DNA from: an uncultured Candidatus Babeliaceae bacterium
GTDB lineage: Bacteria; Babelota; Babeliae; Babelales; Babelaceae
Length of the DNA stretch: 64,000 nt
Assembly: GCA_963704655.1 (NCBI GenBank)
Contig: OY969927.1
Location: forward strand, 1 to 64,000
Direction: 5' to 3'
Each line of letters opens with the position of its first letter. Position 1 is the stretch's first letter. Shown piece after piece: positions 29,663 to 40,213 of this stretch. Below the pieces are notes generated by a model, which was not told where the DNA came from, did not search any database, and worked only from the letters and a program-made list of their open reading frames with translations. Made by a program: the position numbers and the translations under genes.

Positions 29663-31714
29663 TTATGTATAAACCGGTCTTGTAAGGCGGTGATAGTTTA
29701 TTTTTTTGCTGTTTCCCGGGTCATCTTGGTAAAAGGCGTACTCAACATCTACTTTTTGTTTTTTGCCAGTAATGGTATCTACAATTGTTCCGGGAAGAAC
29801 CAGTTCTAGCTTGTTATCTGGTCGAGGAATTCGTATCCCATACAGTTGGATATAATTGTCGACAACTTTAGCAAACGTGTGATTATCAATAGTAGATGGA
29901 GAATATTTTTTTAGAAGCTCCTCACGTGATTTGGTAAACCATACCTCTACCCGAGGGTGATATTGTAGCTGTTTTATAATCCTTCTTTTTCTTTTTTTCA
30001 CCGTTTGGGTGTCATCTTTAAATGAAAGTATAATTCTTTTATGGTGCATCGGATCTTCTATAAAAATTTCACCCGTTTTAAAATTTATATCTTTTACAAA
30101 ACTGCCATCATCGGGTCTATAGGTAGTATCAATGTCACGAATGAGTTCGTGCTTGAATGCTTCTGGTTCCTCATGAATTTCCGGCTCTTGTTCAAATTCA
30201 TGGGCTTCTGAGGTTGTTTTGTTGGCAGGCACTTCATTTTTTAATGCTAGGGAAGATGTTGAGGGCGATGCTATTTCCGGAGCAACTTTTGTTGATGGTA
30301 TCTTTTTAGGTGATCTTATTTTTGAACGCTTTTCTTTTTCCTCTTCTTCTATAAGTTCTTGGTGTTGTTCCTCTAGGATTTTTGAGTATAACTCTTCGGT
30401 CCATTTACTTTTTAAACGACTTCTTTGTAGTGCTTTGAGTGCTTGATTGAGATCTTTTTTACCATAGATGCCTTCGCCATAGATGAGCGCTATTAGTGCA
30501 TCACTATCTTGTGAGGTATCTGCAAGAACAGCAGTAAAGCATTCTTCTGCTTTAGTTTTATTTTTTTCTAAGCCATAAAAACCATATTTATGGCCGAGCC
30601 CGAGCTTAAAAAGGATTTGTGGGTTTTTCGTAGCGTGTAATTTATTCAAGATATCTTTAATTTTTTGTTGATCTTCAATAAGTTCCGGGCTTTCTAGCCA
30701 AATTTTCCAAATTCCAAATAGGGCCACATCATCATGTGGGGATGCTTTTAAGCCTTTCTCAAAAAGCGCTAACGCCTTAGGAAGATCTTTTGATTTATTC
30801 CTCTCATGCGAATAGAGTAGCCCTTCAAGAACGTATTTAGGCGCTAAAAAATACGGATTTGTAACTAATGTTAAGTTTTCTTTTACCTCATCAAATCTTT
30901 CCTGATCATAATAATAATAACAAAGCCTAAAGGCCGCTTTTTCATTTCTGCTATTTGCCACAGCCTCTTTAAGATATGTTTCTGCCAGCTGAATTTTTTC
31001 TGGTTCATGCGAAAAGCGGAAAAGATAAAGATTAGCAAGTTGAACTTTTGTTTCTTCTCTGTCAGGTTTGATTCTGAGAGCTGCTAAATAATATTTTTTA
31101 GCATTTTGATAATCACTTTTGTCTTCATAATATTGTGCAAGGGTTATTGCAGCATATTCTGAATTTTCGCTTACTTGCTTTTCTAGGATGCCAAGCCCTT
31201 CATTAAGACGCTGCTGATCATTTTTATAATGAGTTATGTAAATCTTTGCCAATTCAGATTGTGCAATTTTTGGGTTTTCTAAAGCAATAATATCATATAG
31301 TTTTCTATGGGTTTCATACCATTTAAGAGCTTTTTTATAATAATCAACTGCGTAATCAAAATTCATTGGCGTTCCAAAGCCTTGGCTATAGTACCTTCCC
31401 ATTTTAATAAATGAGGGCCCATAATTCTTATCTGCAGCTTGTTTCATCTTTGAGAATGCCAATTTTGGAATCGGTGTATTTGTGGAGCTTAACGTGCCAT
31501 ATTCATAGGTGCACGCAAGTGAATAACCTGCTTCAGGGTCTTGGGCAGAAAGCAGAGCTAACTGTTTGAAGCCTTCTTTTTTTTCTTCTTCGTTTCCTTT
31601 TTCTAAAAGATTTACCGCATTTTCAATAGTTTGTTTGTTTGGACCAAAGGGCAGCTCCATAGCAAAAGCTGGAAAGTTTAAACTTATTGCCAATAAGATA
31701 GAGCGATATTTCAT
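29663..31714 (-). CDS. Secreted SEL1/TPR repeat protein with unknown C-terminal domain
   Basis: Signal peptide AFA-ME; LA..YEYG, MGRYYSQGFGT and LGLGHKYG.YGL repeats. Confidence 0.85.
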   Translation of the reverse strand: MKYRSILLAISLNFPAFAMELPFGPNKQTIENAVNLLEKGNEEEKKEGFKQLALLSAQDPEAGYSLACTYEYGTLSSTNTPIPKLAFSKMKQAADKNYGPSFIKMGRYYSQGFGTPMNFDYAVDYYKKALKWYETHRKLYDIIALENPKIAQSELAKIYITHYKNDQQRLNEGLGILEKQVSENSEYAAITLAQYYEDKSDYQNAKKYYLAALRIKPDREETKVQLANLYLFRFSHEPEKIQLAETYLKEAVANSRNEKAAFRLCYYYYDQERFDEVKENLTLVTNPYFLAPKYVLEGLLYSHERNKSKDLPKALALFEKGLKASPHDDVALFGIWKIWLESPELIEDQQKIKDILNKLHATKNPQILFKLGLGHKYGFYGLEKNKTKAEECFTAVLADTSQDSDALIALIYGEGIYGKKDLNQALKALQRSRLKSKWTEELYSKILEEQHQELIEEEEKEKRSKIRSPKKIPSTKVAPEIASPSTSSLALKNEVPANKTTSEAHEFEQEPEIHEEPEAFKHELIRDIDTTYRPDDGSFVKDINFKTGEIFIEDPMHHKRIILSFKDDTQTVKKRKRRIIKQLQYHPRVEVWFTKSREELLKKYSPSTIDNHTFAKVVDNYIQLYGIRIPRPDNKLELVLPGTIVDTITGKKQKVDVEYAFYQDDPGNSKKINYHRLTRPVYT

Positions 31715-31872
31715 GATATAATCTCTTTAATGTTTTAAAGCATATAATTAAGTTTATAAAATAATAATTATTAATTACAAGGTTACATTTAAAAGATTTT
31801 ATTGCTAGCTTATTGACCTAAAAGACGTTTTTTTCTAAGCTCTTGGTATTGTTTTTTTAAAAAAGGAAATTT

Positions 31873-32151
31873 ATGAGAAAAAATATCGTTATATTTTTTA
31901 TTTTACTTTTGTTTGTAGGGCCGCATGTATATGCTCATAAGCATGCTTCAAGTTCTGAAAATTATGTGAACTTCGAATATCTTAAAGATGCGGTAGTGGA
32001 CTCTTATAATCATGCTTTGGTATGGTACAATGAGCATTCAACACTGGTACGGGTATTAGCAGTTTTAGGTGTAAGTTATTATGTATATAAAAAGTATTGC
32101 CCTGTGGCAAGCCGTTGTAAAGAATGTTTGCAAGATTCAAAAAATATATAA
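31873..32151 (+). CDS. Small exported/membrane protein
   Basis: Signal peptide plus C-terminal TM; AAGGA RBS. Confidence 0.7.
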   Translation: MRKNIVIFFILLLFVGPHVYAHKHASSSENYVNFEYLKDAVVDSYNHALVWYNEHSTLVRVLAVLGVSYYVYKKYCPVASRCKECLQDSKNI

Positions 32152-32172
32152 AAAAAGATATGGAGTAAAAAT

Positions 32173-33108
32173 ATGAAAAAATTAATTATAATAGGCATCT
32201 TGGCTGTTACTATGTTGACAGCATCTGAAGCTAATTGGATGATTGTGGTTGATGGGAAAGCCAGACCAGAAGATGAGTTTCTGAATTCATTATTACGTAG
32301 TTCTATGGTGCATCCAGACCACAATGCATTCCGTTTTGAGCTTCAAGCTGTTAAGAACAGATATGGTATAAGTGTTACATTCCCTAGGGGTTCGCTGTCA
32401 CAATTGCACAGTAGGTATGTACAAGAAAAAAAACCTCATAAAGTTATTCAAAAAGATACAGACCCGGAAATTCCATTTAACATTGATGTTGAAGATAATA
32501 TGGTTTATCCAGCTGAAAGTTCAGAAAGAAGAAAACATCTTAGGGATACAGCTGTATATTTTCTTAATCCAGAAAAGGGTTGTTTTAGGCCGTTTACGCA
32601 AGCAGAGCATATGCATTGTAAACGTGCAGCTCAGCAATTGAATCTTAGTGTAGGTAAAGTTGAAAATATGTGCACCGCTATAATGCTAGCGCGTCATACA
32701 ACAGCGGCTGAAGCTAGCAATTATTTAAGTGAAAAATTATCGCCGGTAGCGCTAAGGGCATTAGCCGCAAGAACTGAAAATGAACGGTTTCATGTACTTG
32801 GGGTTGATAAAGCGCGCATGAAGAAAGATAAGTTGAAACAACAAGCATTACATTTAACAGATTTGCGTGATGATGTTTCAGTTCAGCCACGCAAGGGCTT
32901 TAAGCCAAGGTATTCTTTAGAAGAAATCCTTGAGCAAGAAGAAGAGCATGATCGTGAAATACGTGAAGAAGAAAATTTAAAATCTGATCTCTCCCAGAGA
33001 ATGGCACTGGCATCAGCTTTCATGCAAGGGGAAATTGGGATCTCTGATGAAACTACACAAATATTAGCACTTATCCAAGCAGGAGAATTAGGTGATTGTG
33101 TAGTGTAA
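32173..33108 (+). CDS. Secreted hypothetical protein
   Basis: Signal peptide; GGAG RBS; acidic coiled-coil-like C-terminus. Confidence 0.8.
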   Translation: MKKLIIIGILAVTMLTASEANWMIVVDGKARPEDEFLNSLLRSSMVHPDHNAFRFELQAVKNRYGISVTFPRGSLSQLHSRYVQEKKPHKVIQKDTDPEIPFNIDVEDNMVYPAESSERRKHLRDTAVYFLNPEKGCFRPFTQAEHMHCKRAAQQLNLSVGKVENMCTAIMLARHTTAAEASNYLSEKLSPVALRALAARTENERFHVLGVDKARMKKDKLKQQALHLTDLRDDVSVQPRKGFKPRYSLEEILEQEEEHDREIREEENLKSDLSQRMALASAFMQGEIGISDETTQILALIQAGELGDCVV

Positions 33109-33124
33109 AGATCTTGGTAGAAAA

Positions 33125-34759
33125 TCAAATTACTTTATCATGAATCAGCGTCTTTTGTGCGATTCGTTCAAATAACGGCGCAGCAACAGACGATGCATAA
33201 AGATCATGGCGTGCAGCCTCTTTAACAAAGGTGACTATAACTCGTTTATAGTCACCTTTTTCTATAATGCCGGTAAACGTGTATATATTTTTGAGTGGGG
33301 AATAGTGGCCAGTTTCATCAAGCAGGCGCGCTGTCCCTGTTTTGCCTAAAACGTTAACCCCCGGAATCACTGCAGCATGTGCGGTGCCCTGGTTACACGT
33401 TTTTTCTAAGATAGTGCGCATTTTTTGTATAGTATCCGGGCTATATAAAAGAGGGTGCCCCATTTCGCAAAAGTTTGGCACAATCAGTTTAGGTGTGGGT
33501 AAATAGCCCCCATTTGCAAAGATACTAAATGCTCGAGCAAGTTGTAACAATGTTGCTCGAATTTCATAACCAAAAGATAGTGAATTAAGTGATGCCTTGG
33601 ACCAGGTTGATGGGTGAGTAACATGGCCGCGCTGTTGGCCGGGAAAGTTAAGTCCGGTAAGTTGCCCAAATCCACAACGTCGGTAATGGTCATAAAGTTT
33701 TGTTCCAACTTTTTGAGCTACTTTTGCCGTACCGATATTATTTGAATATTCGATTACTTGTGAAAAGGTTAGTTCCCCGTGTTCTTTCCAGGTGCTAAAT
33801 TTCATGCCATTAACATACCCAATTTTTCTATTTTCGCAGTCAATAATATCTTCCGGTTCAAATAGTTTTTCTTCAAGGGCAGACAGCGCTAAAAATGTTT
33901 TCATAACAGAACCAAGCTCGTACGTTTCAGTTACAACACGATTTTTTAGAAGACTCAGATCCAGAACCTCTTTACTGTTAGGGTCAATATCAGGAATAGA
34001 CGCCATGGCATAAATATAGCCCGTGTTTGGGTCCATAATAATTACTGCGCCTTCTTGTGCGTCAAACTTTTCTATTGTTTCTTGCAGTTCTTGATATGCA
34101 AGAAATTGTAATGTGCTATCAATGGTTACGGTCAGTGGGCTGCCTGTTGCCCCTTGTGTGATAGTTTTTTTATTAAAATAGTATCTGCCAGAACGTGCAT
34201 CTTTTTCTATCTGTACCGTAGTTGGTGTTCCAGCAAGCTGTTCGTTATAGAGCAACTCGAGTCCGCTGATGCCTTGGTTGTCGATATCAGTTTTGCCTAG
34301 TATTGTTCCTAAGCAGTTTATGGGGTAATAGCGCCCGGGCTCTTCAAGAATGTGGATATCTTCTATAGGGTTTTGAGTGAGTCGCTCGAGTTCTTCAGCA
34401 GAGATATTACGTGCAACATAGATAAAATGTGCATCAGGGTTTTTGGTTAGTCGTGCAAGTGCTGCTGGATAATTGTGTGATAAAAATGTTATGACCGCAG
34501 TTTTATTTTTAAGATTATTGGGTGTGGTAAAAATACTAATAATTGAGTTTTCTGTTGCGATAAGTTTGTTTTTAACATCATAAATTGCTGCGCGAATCGG
34601 GGTTATTTTGGTAGTAAGATGATATTGTTGCTGCCCTAGGGATGAAAAAAATGAGTTTTTTCTTATTTGTAAGAAATATAAATGCGCTAAAATTGCTATA
34701 AAGAGCGATAAAAAAACAAAGGCTATTGTGGTGAGTCGCAATTTAAAGATAGTATTCAT
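33125..34759 (-). CDS. ftsI: Class B penicillin-binding protein (FtsI-like)
   Basis: R.YP, G.SGLE, YELGSVMK (SxxK), SNN and KTGT motifs. Confidence 0.9.
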   Translation of the reverse strand: MNTIFKLRLTTIAFVFLSLFIAILAHLYFLQIRKNSFFSSLGQQQYHLTTKITPIRAAIYDVKNKLIATENSIISIFTTPNNLKNKTAVITFLSHNYPAALARLTKNPDAHFIYVARNISAEELERLTQNPIEDIHILEEPGRYYPINCLGTILGKTDIDNQGISGLELLYNEQLAGTPTTVQIEKDARSGRYYFNKKTITQGATGSPLTVTIDSTLQFLAYQELQETIEKFDAQEGAVIIMDPNTGYIYAMASIPDIDPNSKEVLDLSLLKNRVVTETYELGSVMKTFLALSALEEKLFEPEDIIDCENRKIGYVNGMKFSTWKEHGELTFSQVIEYSNNIGTAKVAQKVGTKLYDHYRRCGFGQLTGLNFPGQQRGHVTHPSTWSKASLNSLSFGYEIRATLLQLARAFSIFANGGYLPTPKLIVPNFCEMGHPLLYSPDTIQKMRTILEKTCNQGTAHAAVIPGVNVLGKTGTARLLDETGHYSPLKNIYTFTGIIEKGDYKRVIVTFVKEAARHDLYASSVAAPLFERIAQKTLIHDKVI

Positions 34760-34762
34760 AAT

Positions 34763-34923
34763 GAGCCGCCATGGATGGTGCGAAACGCACTGTTTTGACG
34801 CAGTTTATCCTGAGCGAAGTCGAAGGGCTCACCACGAGCGGCCCTAAATACGCTCATTCTGATGCTTCGACTAACGTTCAGCAGTAAATGCTCGCTCATC
34901 CTGAGCTCGTCGAAGGGTTAGCG
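34763..34923. repeat. Cluster of palindromic elements between the ftsL-like gene and ftsI
   Basis: AGTTTATCCTGAGCGAAGTCGAAGGGCTCACCACGAGCGG and CGCTCATCCTGAGCTCGTCGAAGGGTTAGCG, the latter overlapping the 3' end of the ftsL-like ORF. Confidence 0.85.
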
Positions 34924-35189
34924 ATTGGTAATTCTTTGATATCAGAAATACGGGCCTTTTTCATCTGTAATTCTTGTGTAGCATATGTTTTTAATTTCTG
35001 GGCCTCTTGAGCTTGAAGAAGTTCATGCGTAAGATCTTTTTTTCTTTTTTGTAATTCTTGAAAGGTACGTTCAGAATCTTGAAAAGCGTACGTTGATTTA
35101 ATAATGATGCTTTGGGTATAGATATAAAAAAATATCAGCAATAGCTGTATTGTTACAAAGCCAGAGATAACTAATTTTTTTGAAAACAT
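34896..35189 (-). CDS. FtsL-like protein (TM plus coiled coil)
   Basis: Directly upstream of ftsI; N-terminal TM, coiled coil, A..EL.M motif; C-terminus supplied by a repeat. Confidence 0.6.
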   Translation of the reverse strand: MFSKKLVISGFVTIQLLLIFFYIYTQSIIIKSTYAFQDSERTFQELQKRKKDLTHELLQAQEAQKLKTYATQELQMKKARISDIKELPIANPSTSSG

Positions 35190-35254
35190 GAAATGCCCTT
35201 ATCTTTTCATAAACGAGCTTATCATGAATATTTTTTTGAAAGCAAATGTTTTAT

Positions 35255-35575
35255 TTACTTAAGCGGCTTCTTAAGTTTTTTCGCTTCAATTTGTAATGCT
35301 TGAATAATTTGTTCAGCATAACGCTTTTCTTGCTCTAGCAAGTCGGCTTTGTTTCTATGAACAGATATATGTTCACCATATTCACTAGCTAGCATAGTAT
35401 ATAAACGCTTATTATCATGTGCGCGGATAAGTGAGGCGACTATGGTGCCGTCATCTTTTGTAATTTTTAGTTTAACTTCTTCCAATTTTTCGGTAGCTGT
35501 TTCTTCTTGCGCTATTCCTGTAGAAAGGATAATGTGTGTTGCAAAAAATATGATTGATAAGAGTATTTTTTTCAT
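35255..35575 (-). CDS. Secreted hypothetical protein
   Basis: Signal peptide (GIA-QE). Confidence 0.72.
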   Translation of the reverse strand: MKKILLSIIFFATHIILSTGIAQEETATEKLEEVKLKITKDDGTIVASLIRAHDNKRLYTMLASEYGEHISVHRNKADLLEQEKRYAEQIIQALQIEAKKLKKPLK

Positions 35576-35671
35576 AAAGTCCCACTTTTTTTGGTTTCAA
35601 AATATAATTATATATAATTTTATATAATTATGAAACAAGGCCAGTTTTTTTATAACATATGGCTAAAATCG

Positions 35672-38158
35672 CTAAAATTCTTGGTTCATACCAAAATGGA
35701 TACGTGATGCAGGTTCGCCTGAGCGTTTACGACGGTCAAGCTTGAAGCCAACGTCAACACGAACCGGTGTAGGCTGCGTAACACGTATACCAAAGCCGAT
35801 TGCGTGTCTGAAATCGAACTTATTGTTGGTAAGATACGGTTCTGCAATTGCCGGATTTGGGGTGTCCCACCCAGCGCCGCCATCATAAAAGAGTACGCCT
35901 TTAATCGATTGGTCAGCTGTAACGGGAAATAAAAGTTCTGCGTTAACCACAAATGCCTTTTTACCGCCTAATGAGTTGCCAAAAATTTGTGGTCCAATTT
36001 GGCCAAATTCAAAGCCACGTACCGTTGCAGGGCCACCGATATGGAATAGTTCTTTATACGGAACCGTGCAGCCCTGGAAGATATGTGTTAAACCTAAAAA
36101 GCCATGTAATTTTAAAATAAGATCATATTCATTGATGAGCGGTGTGAGCCACTGTGCATCAACTTCAAGTTTAACAAAGCCAAAATCATTTCTATGGTGT
36201 GGAATACCAAAGCGTGTTGAAGCGAGCCATTGGTAACCCCGTGATGGAAATACCGGGTTGTTTCTAAAGTCTTGCGTTAATGACATATTGAGCCAAACAA
36301 GGTTGCCAGAAACAAAAAGATTATCTAACACATTTTGAAAGACTTGATTTGCATTTGGGCCGCCGCCAAGAATTGCTGATTGAATATGGTTATAACGTAT
36401 TTTTTGACCGCCGGCCTCTATTTGTGCGTTAGTATAATTAAGCTGCGGAATTAAAAAGCGCATTATACCAGAACCGCCAAAGATCGATTCAGTAGGTTTT
36501 TGGGTTACTTGTCTAAATTCATCATAGGTTAATTTACGTAACACGATATTTGATCCTACGCCGATGGGTCTATTAAAGATCCAGGGGCTGAAAAGATCAA
36601 AGTTGAACGAGCTATCTTGTGCAGAGTAGTTGAGTGAGAAGTTATAAGAAACACCGGTGCCCAGAGCATTTATATCTGCCAAGTTAATACCAACGTTAAA
36701 TGATGTTGTTGGCGATTGAATGTTGGTATCTGAACCACCAAAGCCGATTTGTGCATTAAATCTACCTGTTGGACGTTCTTTTAAGAGTAAATTAATATCA
36801 GCTTTGTCTTCATCTAACCGCACAATTTTCCAATTAACGCCATTTTTTGGGTCAAAATATCCGGTACCTTCAGCAGCATTTTTTGCAAACTCTAATTTTG
36901 AGCTGGTAAGTAATTCACCTTCATTAAAGCGTATTAGGCGGCGCAAGACATAGTCTCGTGTCTTTTTGTTGCCTTGAATATTAATACGGTTAACAAATAC
37001 TTGGTCACCTAATGAACTAAAAAATTCGATCTCAACGGTTTTATCTTCTAAATTTGGCACAACACTCGGCTCTATTTCTGCATAGATATACCCTTTTTCT
37101 CCCCAGAGTATGCGCAAGGTTTCCATAGTGTTACGAATTTTTTCTTTTGAATAAAGATCACCCACATGTATTGGGATAACGCGTAAGAGCTCTTCTTCAG
37201 TGAAAACATCGTTGCCAGGAGCTTTTACCGATGAAACACGGTATAAATCGCCTTCATCAATAACAAAGGTAACATTAACGTCATTTGATTTTGGGTCAGG
37301 ATCTTTTTCTGTGAGAATATCAGTTACACTTGCTGCAAGAAAGCCGTTACTTTGGTAATAATTTTCGATAGTGTATTTGTCAAAATCAAGAGCTTCTTTT
37401 TGGTAGCTGCCTGCTTTATCTAAAAAGCCTAAAACCCAATCTTCTCGCGTAAAGGTTAATGAGCGTAATAGACTTTCGCTGACCGCGCAATTACCTTTAA
37501 AAAATACTCGTTTAACATGTGTTTTTTTGCCTTCATCAATGGTGATATAGGCACGAACCGTATGTTTATCGACATCTTCTAAACGCTTTTGCATGGTGAC
37601 ATTATGGTAATCTTTTTCGCCATAGAGCTTTTCTATCTGGAAGGCCAAGTTTTCAAGGGCCTGTTCATCGATTGCTATTATTTCAGAAATTTTTAATTTC
37701 TTTTCGATCTCTTCATACGAAAGATGTTTATTTTTTTCTAAAACAACTTTCTCTAAGCGCTTTTTTTCCTCTACAACAATAAGAAGATTAACCTCAGTTT
37801 CAGAACGCTCTTCCATGAAAAGCTGGATATTGGTGAAATATCCTAGATCAAAAAGAAGTTTTATCATTTCGGCGCTTTTGTAGGCATGAAATGTGTCGCC
37901 TATGCTGTAGGGCACTTTTGATAAGATTGTCTCTTTTGAAACAAGGTGGTTTCCCTGTATGGTGATCGAACTAATAGTATGTTCTTGATATGCTGGCAAT
38001 GGAGGCAATTGAAATTGTTGCTCTTGTTGGCCAAGCGCTTCAAGATCTGGACTCAATATAAGATCTTGTCCTACTACTGGTGGTAATACGATCACACATA
38101 GTACTATGAGATTGCGTAAAATAGGTGATAAGCTTACGCTTAGTATGCGTGATAGCAT
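35672..38158 (-). CDS. bamA: Outer membrane protein assembly factor BamA
   Basis: POTRA repeats (I.GN, GN.KT.D.V+RR), VRGF motif, C-terminal Phe. Confidence 0.95.
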   Translation of the reverse strand: MLSRILSVSLSPILRNLIVLCVIVLPPVVGQDLILSPDLEALGQQEQQFQLPPLPAYQEHTISSITIQGNHLVSKETILSKVPYSIGDTFHAYKSAEMIKLLFDLGYFTNIQLFMEERSETEVNLLIVVEEKKRLEKVVLEKNKHLSYEEIEKKLKISEIIAIDEQALENLAFQIEKLYGEKDYHNVTMQKRLEDVDKHTVRAYITIDEGKKTHVKRVFFKGNCAVSESLLRSLTFTREDWVLGFLDKAGSYQKEALDFDKYTIENYYQSNGFLAASVTDILTEKDPDPKSNDVNVTFVIDEGDLYRVSSVKAPGNDVFTEEELLRVIPIHVGDLYSKEKIRNTMETLRILWGEKGYIYAEIEPSVVPNLEDKTVEIEFFSSLGDQVFVNRINIQGNKKTRDYVLRRLIRFNEGELLTSSKLEFAKNAAEGTGYFDPKNGVNWKIVRLDEDKADINLLLKERPTGRFNAQIGFGGSDTNIQSPTTSFNVGINLADINALGTGVSYNFSLNYSAQDSSFNFDLFSPWIFNRPIGVGSNIVLRKLTYDEFRQVTQKPTESIFGGSGIMRFLIPQLNYTNAQIEAGGQKIRYNHIQSAILGGGPNANQVFQNVLDNLFVSGNLVWLNMSLTQDFRNNPVFPSRGYQWLASTRFGIPHHRNDFGFVKLEVDAQWLTPLINEYDLILKLHGFLGLTHIFQGCTVPYKELFHIGGPATVRGFEFGQIGPQIFGNSLGGKKAFVVNAELLFPVTADQSIKGVLFYDGGAGWDTPNPAIAEPYLTNNKFDFRHAIGFGIRVTQPTPVRVDVGFKLDRRKRSGEPASRIHFGMNQEF

Positions 38159-38273
38159 GTACTTTGCTCCTAAATTTTTTAATATGCGCTCACATAATGA
38201 TACTATTTCTGGTAAAATTGACTAGACGCTCTTATAAAATAAATTTTTCATAAATTTTTTTAAGGAAAAAAAT

Positions 38274-39647
38274 ATGACGCATGTTCGCTTAACAAACTCT
38301 ATGTCTAAAGAAAAACAGCCGCTTGGTGTAAGTGATATTCAGGATCAACCTATTAAACTATATGTTTGCGGAATTACGCCCTATGACGCCCCCCATATAG
38401 GCCATGGCAGATGCTATGTAACATTTGATTTACTCTACCGTTTGCTTGAATTTTTAGGTTATAAAGTTATCTATTGCAGAAATTTTACTGATATTGATGA
38501 TAAGCTTCTTGCAAAGTCAGAAAAAGAATTTGGCACACCATTTAAATTTGCAGAGGTTGCCCAACGATATATCGATATATTCGATCGTGATATGCAATTA
38601 CTTAATTGCAAAAAGCCGACATTTGAACCACGTGTTACACAAACTATTCCAGAAATTATTGCTTTTGTGCAGTCGCTTATCGATGCGGGCAAAGCGTATG
38701 TGGTTGATGGTGATGTTTATTTTAGCATTGACGCATACCCAGAATATGGCGCACTATCTCACCGCAATTTAGAAGATCTTCAGGCAGGCGCGCGTGTTGC
38801 AGTTTCTGAAATTAAGCGTAATCCGCTTGATTTTGCCCTTTGGAAATCAGAGCCGGATGGTGACTATTATAAAAGTCCATGGGGATATGGAAGACCGGGT
38901 TGGCACATTGAATGCTCTGCTATGTCTAAAAAGTTTTTAGGTAACACTATTGATATACATGGCGGCGGCATGGATTTGATCTTCCCCCACCATGAAAACG
39001 AGTTGGCTCAATCACAATCTATTCAAAAAGAGCCTTTTGTAAAATGCTGGGCACATAACGCCTTTGTGCAGATTAATAAAGAGAAGATGTCTAAATCATT
39101 GGGCAACTTTTTTACCTTAGATGACATTTTTAAGCAGTTTGATGCTCAGGCTGTCCGTTTTTACTTTTTGCAGCATCAATACCGCAACCCGCTTGATTTT
39201 TCGGTACATGATCTTGAAGTTGCCCAAAACTCGTATAAAAAGCTTGCAAAACAATTTGAGCATATTACACCTGTTTCCCTGCATTTTACCAATACCGCTC
39301 ATCCTGAGTCTGTCGAAGGGTTAGCGGGACGCAATATTATTTCCCATATGCTCGATTTTCTGAAAGATGATCTTAATACCCCTGGCATGCTGGGTGTATT
39401 TTACAAGCACTATGATGAAATTTTTGCAGACCCAGTTCTGGCAGGCCAAGTAAAAACGCTGTTTCAAGATATTTTAGGGTTAACATTAGTGCCGCTTGCT
39501 GAAAAGGCACAGGAAATAACCCCAGAGATACAAAAACTTCTTGAGGCCCGTGCGGCAGCCCGTGCAGCAAAAGACTGGAAAAAATCTGACGAACTGCGCG
39601 ATGAGCTTAAACTGCTTGGTTACGAAGTGCAAGATAAAAAAGCTTAA
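38274..39647 (+). CDS. cysS: Cysteine--tRNA ligase containing an in-frame palindromic insert
   Basis: CGITPY, HIGH, GWHIECSAM, FPHHENE and KMSKS motifs. Confidence 0.98.
   Translation: MTHVRLTNSMSKEKQPLGVSDIQDQPIKLYVCGITPYDAPHIGHGRCYVTFDLLYRLLEFLGYKVIYCRNFTDIDDKLLAKSEKEFGTPFKFAEVAQRYIDIFDRDMQLLNCKKPTFEPRVTQTIPEIIAFVQSLIDAGKAYVVDGDVYFSIDAYPEYGALSHRNLEDLQAGARVAVSEIKRNPLDFALWKSEPDGDYYKSPWGYGRPGWHIECSAMSKKFLGNTIDIHGGGMDLIFPHHENELAQSQSIQKEPFVKCWAHNAFVQINKEKMSKSLGNFFTLDDIFKQFDAQAVRFYFLQHQYRNPLDFSVHDLEVAQNSYKKLAKQFEHITPVSLHFTNTAHPESVEGLAGRNIISHMLDFLKDDLNTPGMLGVFYKHYDEIFADPVLAGQVKTLFQDILGLTLVPLAEKAQEITPEIQKLLEARAAARAAKDWKKSDELRDELKLLGYEVQDKKA
39295..39327. repeat. 33-bp palindromic element inside cysS
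   Basis: CCGCTCATCCTGAGTCTGTCGAAGGGTTAGCGG, same family as intergenic copies at 40524, 41008 and 62814. Confidence 0.92.
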
Positions 39648-39679
39648 TTAATTTTATTTTTTTTAACGAAAGGTATACT

Positions 39680-40126
39680 TTGAAAAAAACTCTTTATGCA
39701 TTATTGTTGCTTGCTACATGTGCTGCAACTTCATCTTTAAATGCTTTTGATTTCAGTTCAAAATTTGCATTACCTGCTTGGATACAGCCTGCTTGGAGAC
39801 AGAATGGCAATTGGAAGAAATTTGTTCCAACATCAGCCTCGATAAACGCTCGCTATAAAGAAGCTACCTGCCCTGATGGTCAGAAAGCTTTTAAAGCTGT
39901 TTATGGCAAAGTTTGTGAAAGCATTTCACAACATCCTATCGCATCTGAATTTGCTATTTTGGGTATTGTGTTTGCATGCGTTGCATTTTCAAATTCCCCA
40001 GAACCCTCTAGCAGAGAACTTACTACTGATGAGTTTTATGATGCTATGGATTTGTACGCAACCAACGAGCGGCAAAAAGTGCTTGTTAAAGAATTTCGTG
40101 CAGAAAGCAAAAGTAAAAAGAAATAA
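39680..40126 (+). CDS. Secreted/membrane hypothetical protein
   Basis: TTG start after AAAGG; signal peptide; one TM; basic C-terminus. Confidence 0.75.
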   Translation: MKKTLYALLLLATCAATSSLNAFDFSSKFALPAWIQPAWRQNGNWKKFVPTSASINARYKEATCPDGQKAFKAVYGKVCESISQHPIASEFAILGIVFACVAFSNSPEPSSRELTTDEFYDAMDLYATNERQKVLVKEFRAESKSKKK

Positions 40127-40213
40127 AAAACGTGGTGCTCTATTCAATAGAAAGACTTAGGGCATAAAAAACTTTACCATTTAATAGCTTTATGCCCTTA
40201 AAGTAGCCTAATC

